This document shows positions 13,550 through 27,975 of a stretch of 64,000 bases of DNA, one piece after another. Every line of letters begins with the position of its first letter. Position 1 is the stretch's first letter. Source of the stretch: Lama glama (Eukaryota). Location: NCBI GenBank assembly GCA_028534125.1, contig CM052816.1, positions 81,346,001 through 81,410,000 of the forward strand, written 5' to 3'. Made by a program: the position numbers and the translations under genes. Below the pieces are notes generated by a model, which was not told the DNA's origin, searched no databases, and was given only the letters and a program-made list of their open reading frames with translations.

Positions 13550-15250
13550 TAATTTAAAATTGTGTAGAAGGGCTTAATGAAAACAACATTCCCTTCTTTT
13601 CCTTCTTGTCTCCTAATTCTGCTTCCTAGAGATCCCCCACCTTTAATGCATTTTGGTTTTATTTCTAAGCCCCGTATCACTAAATAATATGCTTCTTTTT
13701 TATGTATAAATTTATCAACTTTATGCATTATATTTTGATTTCTTACAGTCATGGTTAAGATTTAACCATGCTTTTCATGTTTCCTCTCATGCTTTTCATT
13801 TTTCCTCCCAAATTCGGTGATATGACTGTCTGTGTTCCTTCGTACAATATACTCCAATTCTAGTTATAGCAAAGGTAGGCAGTATCTCTAAGAATCTTAA
13901 AACTCTTGTGCTTCACTTTCTGTCTTCATCCCATCCCCCAACTTAGCTATAGTTTTCCTTGTGATAACATTTACATCATGTTCTGTAATCATAGTTTCTC
14001 TTCTGTGATTTAGGTTAATTTTAAAATTTTAAAGCAAAAACTTATTTCATCATTATGACTGTAAATAGTTTTTACTGTGGAGTCAAGTGCTGTTCTGTGA
14101 TTCTAATTCCTATTGCATTCCATTTTTACAACCTGGTATCACTTAATAGAGAATCTTTCTAGGCTGAAGTTCAAATGGATTTTTCCTTTTTTACACTGTA
14201 CTAATTGCTCAGCTGTGATCGTGTCTTTCCTAAAGAAGTTTCAATATTTCCTGAAGTCTTTTCATTACCTTTTAATTTTTTATTTTTTCCCCAAGTCTTG
14301 TTGATGCCTTGATTGTATGAGATTTCCCCAGGCTCCTGGTCTGCTATGTATTGTCCAGTCCTCTGTTTTTCTGGACATCTTTCTCCTGGAGATTTCTATC
14401 CATTCTTTGATTCCAACCTCATAAATCCATTTCCTTTCTGGGCCTGCTGCATGGCTGCTGACCTGGGTTTCTCTTAGGTTTGAATCCACTGTTTGCAGGA
14501 TTTCTTTCTTGGTTTATTTTTTGCTGAAGTACATCTTCATGTAGCTTCCTAAGAAAAGGTATTTGGTAGGTAAACTCCTTAAACCTTGAATGTCAAAAAA
14601 AAAAAAGTTTCTTCTGCTTTAATAGTTTAGCTGGGTACAGAATTCTGTATTAATAATCATTTTCCCTTGAATTTTGAAAACTTTAGTGTTGTCCAGCCAC
14701 TAGTGTTATCAATAAGTCTGGATTTTCATTTAGTTGTATGTAGGTGACCTGTTTTTCTTTTCTCTGGAGATATAAAGGGTTTTTTTGTCTTGAGGTGTTG
14801 TGAAATGCTGTGTGTCTCTAGGTGGTATTCTTTCATTCTGTTTTGTACTCTGTAGACCCTTTGAATTTGAAAATATGTGCCTCCCATCAAGAGTGGGAAA
14901 TTTTATTTCTTAATTGCTTCCATCTGCTTTTTTCCTTGTCTCTAGAATTCCTTCTTGTTATTCTCTCTCTTTTCTTTTGTAGTTTTCATGCCTTTAACTC
15001 ATCTGTGTCCCTCAACTTTATCTCCTAACTAGTGTAAAAGTTCTTGTTTTATGGATACAAATTCAAGTTTTTGAAAATTCTTATCTGTTGCTTTGAGATA
15101 CCCATTTCCCCTAGGGTCATTCTTACTTCTTTTGCAATTTATAATAAGCTTTCTTCAAATATCTGGTGATTTTGTTAAGACTTCTGGCTGGCTTCATTTT
15201 TTAGTAATCAGGTGGGGAGCTGACCATTATTAACCTTCTCAAGTCCAGAT
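13550..15250 (-). mobile_element. Ancient L1M-type fragments
   Basis: Decayed antisense L1 motifs, e.g. tagtttagctgggtacagaattctg; approximate. Confidence 0.5.
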
Positions 15251-17632
15251 ATAGAAAGGGTATTTTTACTCTTTAATATTAGTAATTTCCTAAATACTTT
15301 TTCTTTTCCCTCCAAGAGAAATACCCTTCCATTTTATGTCTGATTCTTTCTTAAACTTTCATGCACTTGCTGTTTTTATATGTTTGTTTCATGATTTATT
15401 ATCTAGTTTGTCCCAGTTTAAAACTGACCAAGGCTGTTATTATATCTAAATAAAAGCTTCTGCTTTACTAATTGCTTAGTAAATGCAAAATCTCATATTT
15501 CACGAATGTATTTTTATGGCATAAGATTTGGGTTATTATTTTTTGTCATGTTTTGTTTAAGAAAGTATTTAAAGACAGTTAAGCCTTACATTTTATGTAG
15601 GGGTATAATTTACCACCTTTTATTCTAACACTTCAGACTAGCCAAAAGCCTTGATTTGAACTATTTCAAATTAAAACTAATTTTACATAAACTAAATTGA
15701 ATTTGATTTGACCTGAATTTTTAAAAATTAGTTTACTTACTTAGGCGTGGCTACTTGATCTTTAATTGAATTGATATGGTTCAGTCTGCTCGTCTACATC
15801 ATGTAAAAGGCAGTTTTTCTAAGGAAATTTGAAATTGGAAGAGACTTTTCTAGATGGGTCTAAGATAACAAACCAGAGAATCTTTATTCTGAACATCAGT
15901 TAGCTGCTCTAGCCCTTGACCACCTGGGAATTGGGACTGGATCATTATTTTTCATGATGCTTTGGCAGAGGATGTGGTTCCAGCCCAGATGATGGGTAGG
16001 GACCTGGCTATTCAGAGGAGAGTTAGGTTAAGCAGCCCTACAGATGTATATGGTAATTGCTAAATGCACTGACATCTTTTTTATATAGTTCCTAGGGTGT
16101 GTGACTATAAAATTTATTGTTCAAACTAAGACATGTAAGAAAGAGAAAAATACTATTAATTATGCTGGGGTAGTAGACATAAACCAGAGCACAAGATCCT
16201 TCCTGAATCACATAGATTTTTAAGGATCAGAGACAGCATAAGTCAATTTGCCTGCCTAGTGTAGTTGACATTCCTATCTCATTCCCACCTTTGCTTTTTA
16301 TCCTATAGGACACATTTGGGATACCAAGAAATGTGAACAGATATTTGATAAAGAATAGTAGGATCAGTGGAAACAGTATAGGAATTCAAGACTGTGTGAA
16401 TTATTATGTAACCAAAACCCCTTCTTATGCAGCGCAGTCTGGGTGCGTGAAATCTTACCAGTAAATGTTGAATACAAGTTTTGCAGAACTGGTGTATTTA
16501 TATTTTAAACATAATTCTATTTCTCAGTTCTAGGAATTTTGAAGAAACGTTACTGGAATTTTTCTTAAGAATGTGGAATTATCCATAGAAAATGTCAGTC
16601 CCCAACCAATTTCCCACTATTACAATTTAAACTTCCCTTTTCCTGTCTTATAATTGGCATATATATAGAAAATGTTAGCTAATTTTACAATCAAAATGTG
16701 GGAAACCTCATCCAAATAGAAATTATAAGAGTTTCTTTGGACTCTGTTCTAAGTTTTTGTTTTTTTTTCTTTTTCATATTGGGCTGAAATCTGCCACCCC
16801 TCCATCCATTGGTTCTAGTTCTGTTCTCTGGAGCAGCATGGAGTAAGTCTCTTCTATTAGAAGGCAGCTATCATATCTTCCAAAGTCGCCTTTTCTAGAC
16901 TCAATGTCCCCAGGTCCTCTACTTTTTATATGAAATCATAGCCATACTTACAAGCTTCATATTGATTCCCTTTGAACACATCTTAATTATCAGTGTTTCA
17001 TAATACAGTTGAAATATGATGGCCCCAAATTTCAATTCTGTGCCCCCTTTTTTATGGTATTGTGCATACCAGTGAAGAATACCCTATACTATAACCCATG
17101 AATCAGACACTCTGTTTTATTAATGCAGCTTCAGCTTATGTCAGGAATTTTTTTTCTTAGCTGTTCTTAACTGTTGGCTCATATTAAAACTTATGATCAG
17201 CTAAAACCTGTCCACTAAATAACTGTTAGGGCTCTCCTTTTTTTAGAAGGCATTTCTGCCTTAGTAATATAGCTTTAGCAAGTGATTGTGAGTGTATTAC
17301 TCAGAAAGCCTGAGTTCTAAAACAACAAAGTCATTTTCATATGCTAACATCTGTGGGCCTGGTTTTATGTGACATAAGCTCTCCATTTAGAAATTAAACA
17401 TTATTCTAAGAGCTTTAGCTGAAAATTCCATTTGATTCATAGTTTTGGAGAATATTTTTGTTTCTTTGAGGTTTAAATGGTTATGAGTGCAAAGCATCTG
17501 ACTTAGGTCTCCTTTTGCAACATGTGCTACATTTTTAAGAGAAAAATAAATGTGTATAATGAAGTGCTGCTATTAACCTCGAAAATATGTCTAAAATAAT
17601 AGATATTCCATTGTAAATTCTGTACCTTAGAG

Positions 17633-17853
17633 GAGGATTTCTCAACCTTAGCACTGTTGACATTCTTTGGATAATTCTTTGTTGTGGATAGCTGTCCTTT
17701 GTAGGATATGTAGCAGTATCACTGGCCTCTACCCACTGAATACCAGTAGCACACATCACCACCTCCTCCTCTGCAGTTTGACCATCAAAAGTATCTCCAG
17801 ACATGGCCAAACGTCTCCTTGAGGGCAGAATCTCCCCTAGTTGAGAACCACCG
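17633..17853. mobile_element. MER20 hAT DNA transposon
   Basis: TIRs ttctcaac/gttgagaa, typical internal sequence, 8 bp TSD CCTTAGAG at 17625-17632 and 17854-17861. Confidence 0.9.
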
Positions 17854-18335
17854 CCTTAGAGCATCAGAAGTATTTCTTAAGTCATCTGGATAATAGTTTC
17901 TACCTTAAATGTTTTCCATAACTAGAGTTAGAACACAATATTTTTCTTAATATGATTTCTTTGTATAGGTTTTTTAACACAATGGAACATAATAAAGAAC
18001 TTTACATACAACAAATACTTTTTAAAATTCCTAGTTGGATCAATTTTTTCTTTTCTTCCTAATCTACTTCTTATCCCAGTTTGTCATCCCTACTTTGTGA
18101 TATGATCTTTGATCTGAAACATAATATGTGTGACTAATTCACTGAGATTAAGGAATGAAAAATTATACAACAATAAAGATAGGCTATTGATTAGGTGGTT
18201 TATTAAGCTCAAATACCTGTTCTTTTGTAGTCTGTGATTAAATTGCTGGAAAATGTGCTTTTGATTTAAGTTGATTAAACTCCTAGATTTTAAAATTAAA
18301 TTGTGTTATGTTTACTCTTCTACTCCACAATATAG

Positions 18336-18618
18336 CCAGCAGCCAGCCTCGGGTGTAGCCTACTCTCATCCAACTACAGTTGCTAGCTACACTGTCCATC
18401 AGGCTCCAGTAGCTGCTCACACAGTTACTGCTGCCTATGCACCAGCAGCCGCCACAGTTGCAGTTGCCAGGCCTGCTCCAGTAGCTGTTGCAGCTGCTGC
18501 AACAGCTGCTGCTTATGGAGGTTACCCCACTGCACACACAGCAACCGACTATGGTTATACCCAGAGGCAACAAGAAGCACCTCCACCACCACCCCCAGCT
18601 ACTACACAGAACTACCAG
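18336..18618 (+). CDS. ZFR: ZFR exon 3 ([12 protein letters not shown]...[13 protein letters not shown])
   Basis: tatag acceptor, CAG|GTAAGG donor; within ORF 18271-18684. Confidence 0.95.
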
Positions 18619-20111
18619 GTAAGGAAACTACTGCTTTCAATAGCCTTGTCATACAGGCTTCAGTGGCCTCAGTATTTGATATAATGTTCAAACCAATACT
18701 TTTCAAACTTAGGTCTTCCAAAATAGACCTCTAATGATAGAGAAAAGTGAATGTATATTCCTAGTTAATTTGGGGGCATACTCCAAGCATTGTTTCCTTG
18801 CAGTGAATTTTATATTAACAATCCCCTAGTCTATTTTATATCTATGTTTGCTTTAATTTTTTAAAAAATACATTAATTACTAGTTAAATATTTTAGTTGT
18901 ATCCCAAGTTTTTGAGAAAAATTAAGACATGGGATCTCCTGCCCCTCTTTTGTATTCTAGCATTATTTTATCCACTTGTAACACCCGTACGTCTCCTATA
19001 TTAAGAACCGTGAGCCTATGGGGACAAATTACTTTCAGGTTTCTTGATGCTTATCTGTTGACTACATGTACCTTCTTCCCCTCAAGGTTTTCTTTCTTAG
19101 TATGTAGCAAATCTATCCTGCTCTTAATTCATCTGATTGCTTCTTATTAGGTTTATGGGGATGTAAAGATCTGATTCTCTTTATAATAATATAATTCTCT
19201 TTATGTCTACTATGACACTGAATTACTACTTACTTATTTATTTAAATTTGATCCTAATTCCTTTAGCCCATTTTTTTGTTTGTTTGCTTTTAGGATCAGG
19301 TTTTTAAACTTTGGTTCTTCCGGCTTTGCCTGGTTTTTAAATTTTCTTTCTAAAGTATAAGGATTTAAGTAAGAAGTTGCTATATGAATCAACAATATTA
19401 ATATTTTCTGTTAATATTTAGCAAGTTACTAAACTCAGAATTCCTTTGACATGTGTGATTGTTTTCATTATGTCCAGAGACAGAATAATAAATTCCATTG
19501 TTTTTAATAGAGTGTATGAAGCCCATCATTTTCTGGGCCCTGTGTACTTCTTCAGCTTTTCCACTGCATACCTTTCCACCCCTCCGCACTATATGCAGTG
19601 CCAAAATTCACCCAGCTCACCTTGATCTTCGTTGCCTTGGAGATTTATATATGGCGTTTCTTTCTCCTGGAACCTCTGTTGCCTTTCCTCCACCTAGGAG
19701 CTCCTAGTCATCAGTATGTTAATGAATAGTAGTAAATAAGGAAGAATGAAGAGAAAGCTGGAGCAGTCACAAAGCTTAGAACACCCAGGTGTTCTTTACT
19801 GTGGGATCCCTCTTTAAGGCAAATCTGCCATGCATTTTTTAATAAAATTAATTTTTTTAATGCTTATTTTTAAATGTTTCGGTGATTTTTCTGATCATAA
19901 AAGTTAAGCATGCTACTTGAAACGATTTTGTCTTTATTCGGTGAAGTCCAAAATGATTCCCATTTGTATCGAATTGGACTCTTCCATCTACTTTCATATA
20001 TATCAGTTAGGTTTTTGTTCTCCTTTATTGCATTTTTTATGTAATGAAAATGGGTTTTTTTTTTTTTTCCTGCCATCTCACTCACAGAAGATTTTCCTTC
20101 TCTTTATTTAG

Positions 20112-20256
20112 GACTCATACTCATATGTAAGATCCACAGCCCCTGCTGTTGCTTATGATAGTAAGCAGTACTACCAGCAACCAACAGCAACTGCTGCTGC
20201 TGTAGCTGCTGCCGCCCAGCCCCAGCCTTCTGTTGCCGAGACCTACTATCAGACAG
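20112..20256 (+). CDS. ZFR: ZFR exon 4 ([15 protein letters not shown]...AETYYQT)
   Basis: tttag acceptor, CAG|GTGGGT donor, translated by hand. Confidence 0.95.
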
Positions 20257-21030
20257 GTGGGTCATATTAAAACACACTTTCATTGTACACTATTGAAACG
20301 TATTATTCAAGGTGTTTTTAAACAGCGATACGCTTTTGAATCCATCTAAACTCATTGTCTTATGTTACCTTAAGAAGCATATTCTTCTCTTTCTCAGCAG
20401 GAATGCCTTTGAATCCCAAAGAAATAAGACCACGGAGGCAATTCATAATCTTGCCCTTCTCTCCTGGAAATATATTTCATTTCTGGTCTTTGTTATAGTT
20501 CTTTTCCTGCTGAAATAAACTGTACAAAAGAAGTGCGGCAATAACTTCTGGCTGTCTTCTCTTTGCCAGAAATGATCAGAATACCTGCTGACTGCCTTTA
20601 ACTAGTGGAGACCCTAGAGTGGTCTCCGTTTTGTGGGCTTATATTTTTAATTCATCTTTCTCTCATTTGTAATGACAGCTGGTTCTGTTACCAGCCACAG
20701 ATATGACAGTATATATTGATGGTTCAAGTGTAGGTGGTGGTTTGTTTGCAAATAAGCCTACATATTTGTAATATTTAAAAGATGGATTTTTTCCATAGAG
20801 ATTTAATTGCAGGCTTTTAAAACAAAGCTCTCTGAATTCTGAGAAGTAGAAATCTTTAATTATTTTTAGACGATCATGAGAGTGTGCATAGAGCCTTGGA
20901 TTATGAAAGAGAATTGGTTTCTAGCTCTGACATTACCACTAACATGGACAAGTGGTTTTTACCTTATTTCATTTCTGTTCTTTTATTTGTGAATGGGGTA
21001 GTTGACTTAGGTTTTTCTAGGGTACTTTTA

Positions 21031-21145
21031 ATTTGGGGGGGTGATTAGGTTTATTTATTTTTTTTAGAGGAGGTACTGGGGATTGAACCCACAACCTCAT
21101 GCATGCTAAGCATGCATCCTACCATTCGAGCTATACCCTCCCCCC
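21031..21145 (-). mobile_element. tRNA-derived SINE (Vic-1 type)
   Basis: Same family as 4552-4696. Confidence 0.88.
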
Positions 21146-22304
21146 TTACGATACTTTTAGTAATAAGGTTTTATGAGTTCCTTGAAAAGGGTTTTAAAAT
21201 ATTTTGAATTATAATGACCTTGACTTTTTTTTTTTATAGTCTCTTTCTTAATTTGTGGGTATAGTGATCTCTAATGAACTTCCTGATTAATTACCAGGGT
21301 TAGATAGATTGTGCTTAACAGTACTGAGTTACCGGAGTCAGAAGACCTTCATGTAGTCTAAGCTCTGATATTGACCATGTGACTTTTGTAAATCATTTAG
21401 CTCTTGGACATTAGGTTTTTCTTGTAAAATGTTGTCCTCATCTATATGTTGTGTGGATCAAACGTCATACTATATGTAGATAAAAGTTTTTTAATCTCTT
21501 TAAGTGCTATTTATTTAAGGTACCTTTATTTAACTAAGCATAAAATGAATTTGGCCCCTGCTATTGAGACCTTTGTCAGAAAATTACATTTGTATGCTTC
21601 AGTGATCATCAATAAGGGATTAATTTTTAATTTACTGATAATAAGGCTCATAAGATTCTTAAAGTATACCTTTGTTTTGAATATGGTGAAAGGCAGCAGA
21701 AAGTTTATCAGAGACATTACTGGTATCCACTTAAGAACAGCTGAACTCAAGCTGTTGACATCTGAAGAATTAAGTCAGTAGCACCTTGAGGGTAGTAATT
21801 AGATTGAAGTTTACTATGGGTAAATCAGTGAACTGCAGTGAATGATACATGGACAAGTTCTGTGTAATTAAACATTGAAAACATTACTGTGTCTTGAATT
21901 ATACTCTGAGACTCTCTCCTGTTCACAATATTAAGCATAACTCTCAAGTAGACTGACGACTGACTAGCCCAAATACATACACACACGCCCCTTTCCTAAA
22001 AACTTTCTTAATAACATGTTTTAAGTAGTACTGGTATTTCAATTAGTGGTAAATTTTTCACAATGAGCCATTTTGGAAATGTGTAAAAACCGTCTAGGAA
22101 GGGGTAGTAAATGGATTTATATAGATGTTATATTTTATTCATTTGCTAATAAAAATTTTACCCCTTTTACCAAGAAGAAATTGCTAGCATAAAATTTACG
22201 GTTAATGATGTTTACATTTATTTTTTCTAGTTTTCAAGGATATTGGTAACAGTAACAATAGAGGTTCACCCTTCTAATTTTCTGATGTCTCTTTCCCAAT
22301 TTAG

Positions 22305-22523
22305 CCCCTAAAGCAGGTTATAGCCAAGGTGCAACTCAATATACACAAGCCCAGCAAACTCGACAAGTGACAGCCATAAAACCAGCCACACCAAGTCCAG
22401 CTACCACTACTTTCTCTATTTATCCTGTATCCTCCACCGTACAGCCAGTAGCAGCTGCAGCTACTGTGGTGCCATCCTATACCCAGAGTGCTACTTATAG
22501 TACCACGGCAGTTACTTATTCTG
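22305..22523 (+). CDS. ZFR: ZFR exon 5 (APKAGYSQG...TAVTYS)
   Basis: tttag acceptor, CTG|GTAAGG donor. Confidence 0.95.
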
Positions 22524-22854
22524 GTAAGGCGGATAAACTATTTAAATGAGTAAGCAAATTAGAAAGAGATGCACCAAGAAACTGTCTTGATTTTCTCTGG
22601 AGTGATCTTGCTCCCAGTAGCCAGAACTGAATTGATTGATAGGTTAATACAAGTATATGTGCATAATGTGACAAGTGAACCATATTCTAAGTTGTGTGCT
22701 TTTTGTTTTTTGTTTTTAAAGGCAGGAAATTTTAGCAGAATATGAAATGCCCTTTGGGCATTTGAAAGCTTGGGCCTAGCATTGCCATTAGAGAAAATAA
22801 CACCTAGTATTTTACAGGGTCATTTCCTATCTGACTTTTCCGAGTGGATTTGAA

Positions 22855-23354
22855 NNNNNNNNNNNNNNNNNNNNNNNNNNNNNNNNNNNNNNNNNNNNNN
22901 NNNNNNNNNNNNNNNNNNNNNNNNNNNNNNNNNNNNNNNNNNNNNNNNNNNNNNNNNNNNNNNNNNNNNNNNNNNNNNNNNNNNNNNNNNNNNNNNNNNN
23001 NNNNNNNNNNNNNNNNNNNNNNNNNNNNNNNNNNNNNNNNNNNNNNNNNNNNNNNNNNNNNNNNNNNNNNNNNNNNNNNNNNNNNNNNNNNNNNNNNNNN
23101 NNNNNNNNNNNNNNNNNNNNNNNNNNNNNNNNNNNNNNNNNNNNNNNNNNNNNNNNNNNNNNNNNNNNNNNNNNNNNNNNNNNNNNNNNNNNNNNNNNNN
23201 NNNNNNNNNNNNNNNNNNNNNNNNNNNNNNNNNNNNNNNNNNNNNNNNNNNNNNNNNNNNNNNNNNNNNNNNNNNNNNNNNNNNNNNNNNNNNNNNNNNN
23301 NNNNNNNNNNNNNNNNNNNNNNNNNNNNNNNNNNNNNNNNNNNNNNNNNNNNNN
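22855..23354. other. Assembly gap (500 N)
   Basis: Run of N within intron 5; exon 5-6 frame is intact, so no coding exon is missing. Confidence 0.99.
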
Positions 23355-23544
23355 TCTACTCCCCTGGTAACCAACTATTAACATTTTAGTACATGTCTTT
23401 CTATACTTTTCTTCCATGGGAATATGCATATATAAACATCATGATTTCTTTATAAAATTGGATTTGTCTTCTATGTACTATTGTGTAAACTGCTTTCTTC
23501 ATTGTGGATGCCTTTTCTTGTCACTAAGTGTAGAGATACACCAT

Positions 23545-24640
23545 TCCTTAGTTCATGATTTTCCCAACTTTGGAAAATTTTAATTCTGTAGAAAAGTTGA
23601 AAAAAAATAGTACAACAAATGTCTATAATACCATTTACCTAGATTTACCAATTATTATTTTGTCACATTCACTTTGCTCTCTTAAAACATTTCCAAATGA
23701 TTCAGCAGTGTAATAAGTTGCGGGTGACATGGTACTTTGCCTGGAATTCTTCCACATGTATTTCCTAAGAATCGAGACATTCTTTTATATAGCCACAATG
23801 CAAATATCATAAAAAGGAATTGGACATGGATATTATCTAGTAAGTTTCTCCAGTTCACAAATGTCTCTTATGGCTGGGCTTTCTGTGTGGTTGGTATATT
23901 TGTGTTTGTGCTTTGTTTTAAATTCAGGATCCAGTCAAGGATTATTGGTTGTATTTGGTTGTTAGTTTCAGTTTCCTTTAATGTAGAATAACCCTATTTT
24001 TATCTTGTGTCTCATGGCCTTCATGTTTTTGAAATGTTCAGTCCAGTTGAGTTGTAGAATATCCTACAGTCTGGATTTATCTGATTTCTTTATGTTTAGA
24101 TTCTGGCAGCTTTTTAATTAATAAAACAGCTTTGTAAACATTCCATTTCATCACATTGGGTGCACATAACAGATGCAGTTTATTCCTTATTGATGATGCC
24201 AAGTATAATCACTGATTAAAGTGGTAACTAACAGATTTTTGCATTGTAAAGATAGCTTTTTCCATTTGTAATTAACCAAGTAATCTGTGGGCCTGTTACC
24301 CAACCACCTTTCTCTCCATGGTGTTTGATCCTTTGAAAAGCTCGGTAACTGAATAAAGTTTTACAGTGGTGAATGTAAAATCCTTTTACTAAGAGTCAGT
24401 GTAAAAGGATTTGGATTCTTAGGTGATCTTCCCTAAAGAAGAGTCCCCTCACTTCTTTTTTTAGTATTAGTATGGGCTCCTTTTTTATTCAGTCTAATAT
24501 AACCCATTGCTTTCATTTTTCTTTTTGAGATACACAGTGTCCCAAATTTAGCCACTGGGATCCTTTTCAAGCCAGCTCTGGGTCTTTTGAACTTGGCTTC
24601 ATTAGTTTCTGAGTACTTCTTTCCTTTCCTGTAAAATGAC
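23545..24640 (-). mobile_element. Old L1MC-like 3' region
   Basis: gaaaagttgaaaaaaaatagtaca...gtcccaaatttagccactggga resembles antisense L1MC 3' ends; approximate. Confidence 0.6.
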
Positions 24641-27600
24641 ATGTTGCTCTCTCTGATTCACCATTGTATCCCTAGTGCCCAGCATAGCATTTGACATAGG
24701 GTAAGAGATTAAAAAAAAAAATCTCTGAGAAATGAAAAAAAATTTTAAACTCAGTAGCTAGACCTCTAACACCCAAGCTACAGCAAAACATCAAGAAGTA
24801 AGAACTGAAATTGTCCATAACACCTCAAATCCTCCATGGAACAAAACATAATTAAGGAATAAATAAAATGCAGAACAATAACAAACCATACACTTCTAGC
24901 CTTTCCTGCCCTGGACTCACAATCAGCCAGGTCACAAAGGAGTCATGATTCCCTGTATGGAAGTGCTATTTAGAAACCAAGATCTGTGCTTAGAAAAACA
25001 TAGTTTTTAATGACTACATACTGTTTTACTGTGTATTTTTAAGTTTCTATTTTAGGACATTTATTTTCATATTAAGGAAAAACTAAAAACAACACTGAGT
25101 AAGATAATCCTTTTATGTGAAGATTTGTGTATTTGCCAGTTGTTTCCCTAGGATGAATTCCTAAATTTGAAACTGTTTTATCAAAGAGTATGCATTTTTT
25201 TTTAAATATGTGATGCACAATATGAAATTGCCATTCAGAGAGATCATTGTTAGGGCTTTTGAGTTCTGTATCTGTAGTTTTATATCAGCTACAGCTTGAG
25301 TAGGCTATTCTTTTTATCTCATTGAGTTCTAGAGTTTTGGTACCTATTAAATGGTGACTTGTGACATGATTTACTGCAAAAATGATAGTTTTTGTTTGGG
25401 ATATCGTACCTTTAAAAATGATATTTCAACTGTTACAATTAACTAATTTATATGTAATAAAAATAGTTTTTAAGTGAAACTGTTGTAGCATTCAAAAATT
25501 GAACTTTTACTTCATTTAGAGACACAACCTTATGTTTATTTTCCCATAATGCTATACAAAATAAAGTATGTTTGCTAGTAGTCACAGGAAATTTAAAGGT
25601 GTTCCTTAGCAGAGTTCTAGAACTTTCAGCCTACCTTCCAGTTTATGCTGTGATTTTTCAAAAAATAAATAGTAAGCTATAAATAAGCTTACCTTTTATT
25701 AGTTTTAGACTATGTGTGTGCAAATGAAGGTTATTATGTACATATTAGCTTAACATGTGATTTCTGATGCTTGAATAACTGTTTAAAGGACCTTACAATC
25801 TCTTAGCCTCAGTTTTCTCACCTGTAAAACAAGTGTAGTAATACCTGCAGAATCTATTTTATAGATCTGTCCTGAGACTTCACTGTATCTGGAACCACTG
25901 CCTCTCATAGTGTAGATTCTCAATTTTTAAAAAACCTAGAAGTCCTGATTGTCCAGTGTAGTAGGATGCTGCCCCTTATTCTGCTCTATTTTCTTGCCAT
26001 GTAATTCATAAACATAAATATAAGAGGCATGCTTATAATTCCTACACACAACAACTAGTCATTTGGAAAAGTTCAGTTAATGGAGATTTCATGTAAAAAC
26101 TGTGGTCCTAACCAGTAATAATCCACAAGTAGCTTTGGTATTTTTTAAATTGGCCAATTTTACAGTGTTCAAAGAGCAAAATTTAAACTGTACATGTTTC
26201 TGCCTGTAAATTTGAAAGCATTTGGCTGTGAGCTTAATTATATTCTTTCATCACATTCTTCAGTAATAGAGGACACTGGTAGTAATGACAAGTAAAGAGT
26301 TCAGTGATCTGTAGAATTTTTGTTTTAACCAATTATATCCATTGTTTTCTAATTTTTAAAAATCTGGTCATATGTTTATTACTGATATGTTTACTTGTTT
26401 CTTCCTGTTTTCATTTTTAGATATTTTCTTCTCTTTCTACATTTTCTATATTCGTATCTTCATGAGCATTTTTATAATTTAATAACCTGACATAAAAATC
26501 TAGGAAGGCTTTTCATGAAAATTGCCCAACTACTCTCTTGAATATGTCCAGTTTCAGACCCTTAAGATATATTGGAATCAGTGGGTCATAAGTCTTTACT
26601 TTTCAGTATAGCAGTCTGCATTTGAGATATCAAGAAGTTAAGTTTTTCTTAAGTAGTTCTTCTGTGCCATCGTGGCAACTAGGAATCCCACTCTTGAGCC
26701 TTACTTGACTCTTTGCCCACTCATTTCTACTTTTAGAGAAAAAGGGTGATAATTAGGGAGTCCAGCAAATTTCCAGAGATCTTAGTTCAGAAGGCAGTAA
26801 GTTTTCCAGCATTGAGGTAGGCTAAATCAGCAACTTTGTCAAATATAAAGCTTTTATAGATTTTTAAATAGATTTTTATAGATTTTTAAATCTATAAACC
26901 ACTGAACATAAACAGTATGTGTATATTATGTCAATAACTAGCTTAATGTGCTTGTTCATCAAAGACTTTGAACAATGGAAATGGATAGAATCCATACATT
27001 TGATCAGAAAATTCAGTGCTTTTTTCTCTTTTGGAAGATGAGAACCAGTATATTTGGTTTTTTATTCCAGAATCTTTTATCTGATGTTCTGTTCATTCAT
27101 CTGAATTCCAGCCTCACATCGTAGACTTCTACTAAGCTTTATTCACTTTGCCTCTTCAAACAGCTTCTGTCAGCTCCTTGCTTTTATTGGTTGTACAACC
27201 CATCAGTCAGTTACTGGGATTCAAAGTCTTGGTGTCACCTTGTGTGTTTTCCTCTTTCATATCTTTTATCTTGTAAGCCACCAAACGTGTAAAAGCTTAC
27301 TTTCATGACTTTTTTTTTTTTTTTCCTGTCTAGTAACCTAATTCAAACTCTTCCTCAAATCCAACACTTCCCAAATGGTATTCAGAGGAATTCTACTTGG
27401 GGAAATATAACAGGTTGTGTAATCAACCATATATGTTTATCAGACACCCTGTCACATTCCTCCACTGAACTATAGCCTTTCATGAAAACAAGGACCAAAT
27501 CTTATGCTTTATATCCTCACCACATCTGGCACGTATTGAGTAAACACTTTGTTGATTGATGTAGAAGGAAGATAAATGAGACTTTTTTCCTTTTGTGAGA

Positions 27601-27727
27601 TATACTTTGTCAGTATGGTCATGTAAAGCTGTCTTCATTAGCAGAATTTATTGAGTCTAAATTCAAAACATTTATCTTGGCCTCTTCCAGTTATGTAACA
27701 TAATCTTTGTTTGATTTTATTTGTAAG

Positions 27728-27975
27728 GTACGTCTTATTCAGGTTATGAAGCAGCAGTCTATTCGGCTGCGTCCTCCTACTACCAACAGCAGCAGCAGCA
27801 ACAGAAGCAGGCAGCGGCGGCGGCTGCGGCCGCTGCTGCAACAGCTGCCTGGACAGGGACCACCTTTACTAAAAAAGCACCATTCCAAAATAAACAACTG
27901 AAACCAAAACAGCCTCCCAAACCACCCCAAATTCACTATTGTGATGTCTGTAAGATCAGCTGTGCTGGACCACAG
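27728..27975 (+). CDS. ZFR: ZFR exon 6 (GTSYSGYE, polyQ/polyA tract, start of zinc finger 1 [14 protein letters not shown])
   Basis: gtaag acceptor, CAG|GTACTT donor, frame continuous. Confidence 0.95.

Noticed and set aside
18325..18342. Intron end CAATATAG mimics the exon 2 end CAGTATAG and is followed by CAG CAG
   Set aside because: Short coincidence; the downstream CAGs are 4 and 7 nt away and would frameshift, with no support for use
22820..23429. ORFs spanning the N run
   Set aside because: Artefacts of the assembly gap
26852..26898. TTTATAGATTT/AAATCTATAAA inverted repeat with a short tandem duplication
   Set aside because: AT-rich, low complexity; likely slippage or template switching
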